From Nageia nagi (Eukaryota; Plantae; Pinophyta): a stretch of DNA of 64,000 nucleotides. The stretch is taken from positions 3,782,001 through 3,846,000 of the forward strand of contig JBITNC010000001.1 of the NCBI GenBank assembly GCA_050084985.1, in the 5' to 3' direction. The notes under the pieces are model-generated. The model saw nothing but the letters and a program-made list of their open reading frames with translations. It had not been told where the DNA came from and did no database searches. The position numbers and the translations under genes were made by a program. Of this stretch, positions 63,260 to 64,000 are shown in pieces. The first letter of the stretch is position 1. Each line of letters starts with the position of its first letter.

Positions 63260-64000
63260 GCTTTTGACCCCAAAACATTTAGGATTTCTAAAAAAGGTGA
63301 GGGTAAAGCTCCCTCACTCGATCAACTACAAACCACTTGGCCTTATGAGGATGTTTCCCTTCAATGTGATACGCCACACCTCGTGTTCACCACTACAAGA
63401 TGATCTTTTATTCTTTTTCAATACTACATCCTCAAGCAAAACACTCATGTGCTCAGGGGCTAAATCCTCAATTGATGGTAACATAATCCTTGCATCTTCT
63501 ACAACTAAAGTTGGTTCGTACAATTTCAAATTCTCAATGTTCACAATGGAATAAATCTGCATATAAGGTGAAAGATCTAACTGAAATGCATTATCACCAA
63601 TTCGTGCAATAATAGTAAATGGTTCATACCTTATCGGTTTCAAGTTTCTCCCTATCCCATGTTGCCTTTTCCTTGCTAAGATGAAGTCATACTTGATCCC
63701 CAACCTGAAACTTGTGGTCCACTCTATGAAGATCATGCCTCTCATTGTACTTAGCTTGACTCTTCTCTAGTTGTTCTTGCACCTTTTGATATATCAACTT
63801 TATCCTCTTAATAAAATTCTTAGCTCGCTCCTCATCATTATGAAGAATGGAATCTCCATTACCAAATGAAGCAAAAGCCATATCGAAAGGTGAATTTGGA
63901 AAATAACCAAAAAAATATCTCAAAAGGAGATTTATTAGTAGAAGAGTGTAAAGTCTGATTATATGCATGTTGAATATAACTCAAATGTTCATCTCAAGTC
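63260..64000 (-). pseudogene. Ty3/gypsy integrase C-terminus, degenerate
   Basis: VQEQLEKSQAKYNERHDLHRVDHKFQVGDQV and LKPIRYEPFTIIARIGDNAFQLDL..VNIENLKLYEP. Confidence 0.88.

Overview
AT-rich plant nuclear DNA. The giant TE-filled introns and the TE repertoire suggest a gymnosperm/conifer (inference). One host gene is present: a plastid-type uracil phosphoribosyltransferase (UPP/UPRT, + strand, ~16.7-60.5 kb). It has 11 well-supported small exons plus an uncertain first exon, and two introns of 22.8 kb and 16.1 kb. One exon carries a +1 A, which a second acceptor 7 nt downstream would bypass. The rest is nested transposable elements: Ty3/gypsy ends and solo LTRs, L1 LINE fragments, a hAT element, a plant-mobile-domain remnant, and an LTR element whose first ORF is an intronless PDS5 N-terminal domain. 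The most striking feature is six copies (A-F) of one element family. Each starts with an 18-bp terminal hairpin (consensus TGTTGTGC-NN-RCACAACA). The five complete copies end in a CCAACA-like sequence, sit between 5-bp TSDs, lack paired LTRs, PBS, RT and transposase, and measure 2.8-7.8 kb without nested inserts. The family carries periodic arrays of CpG-containing inverted motifs. Two copies contain a homologous ~1100-codon gene of unknown function. These are either giant gene-carrying solo LTRs or an LTR-less, integrase-mobilised element type. All coordinates were read by eye, and boundaries marked ~ are approximate.
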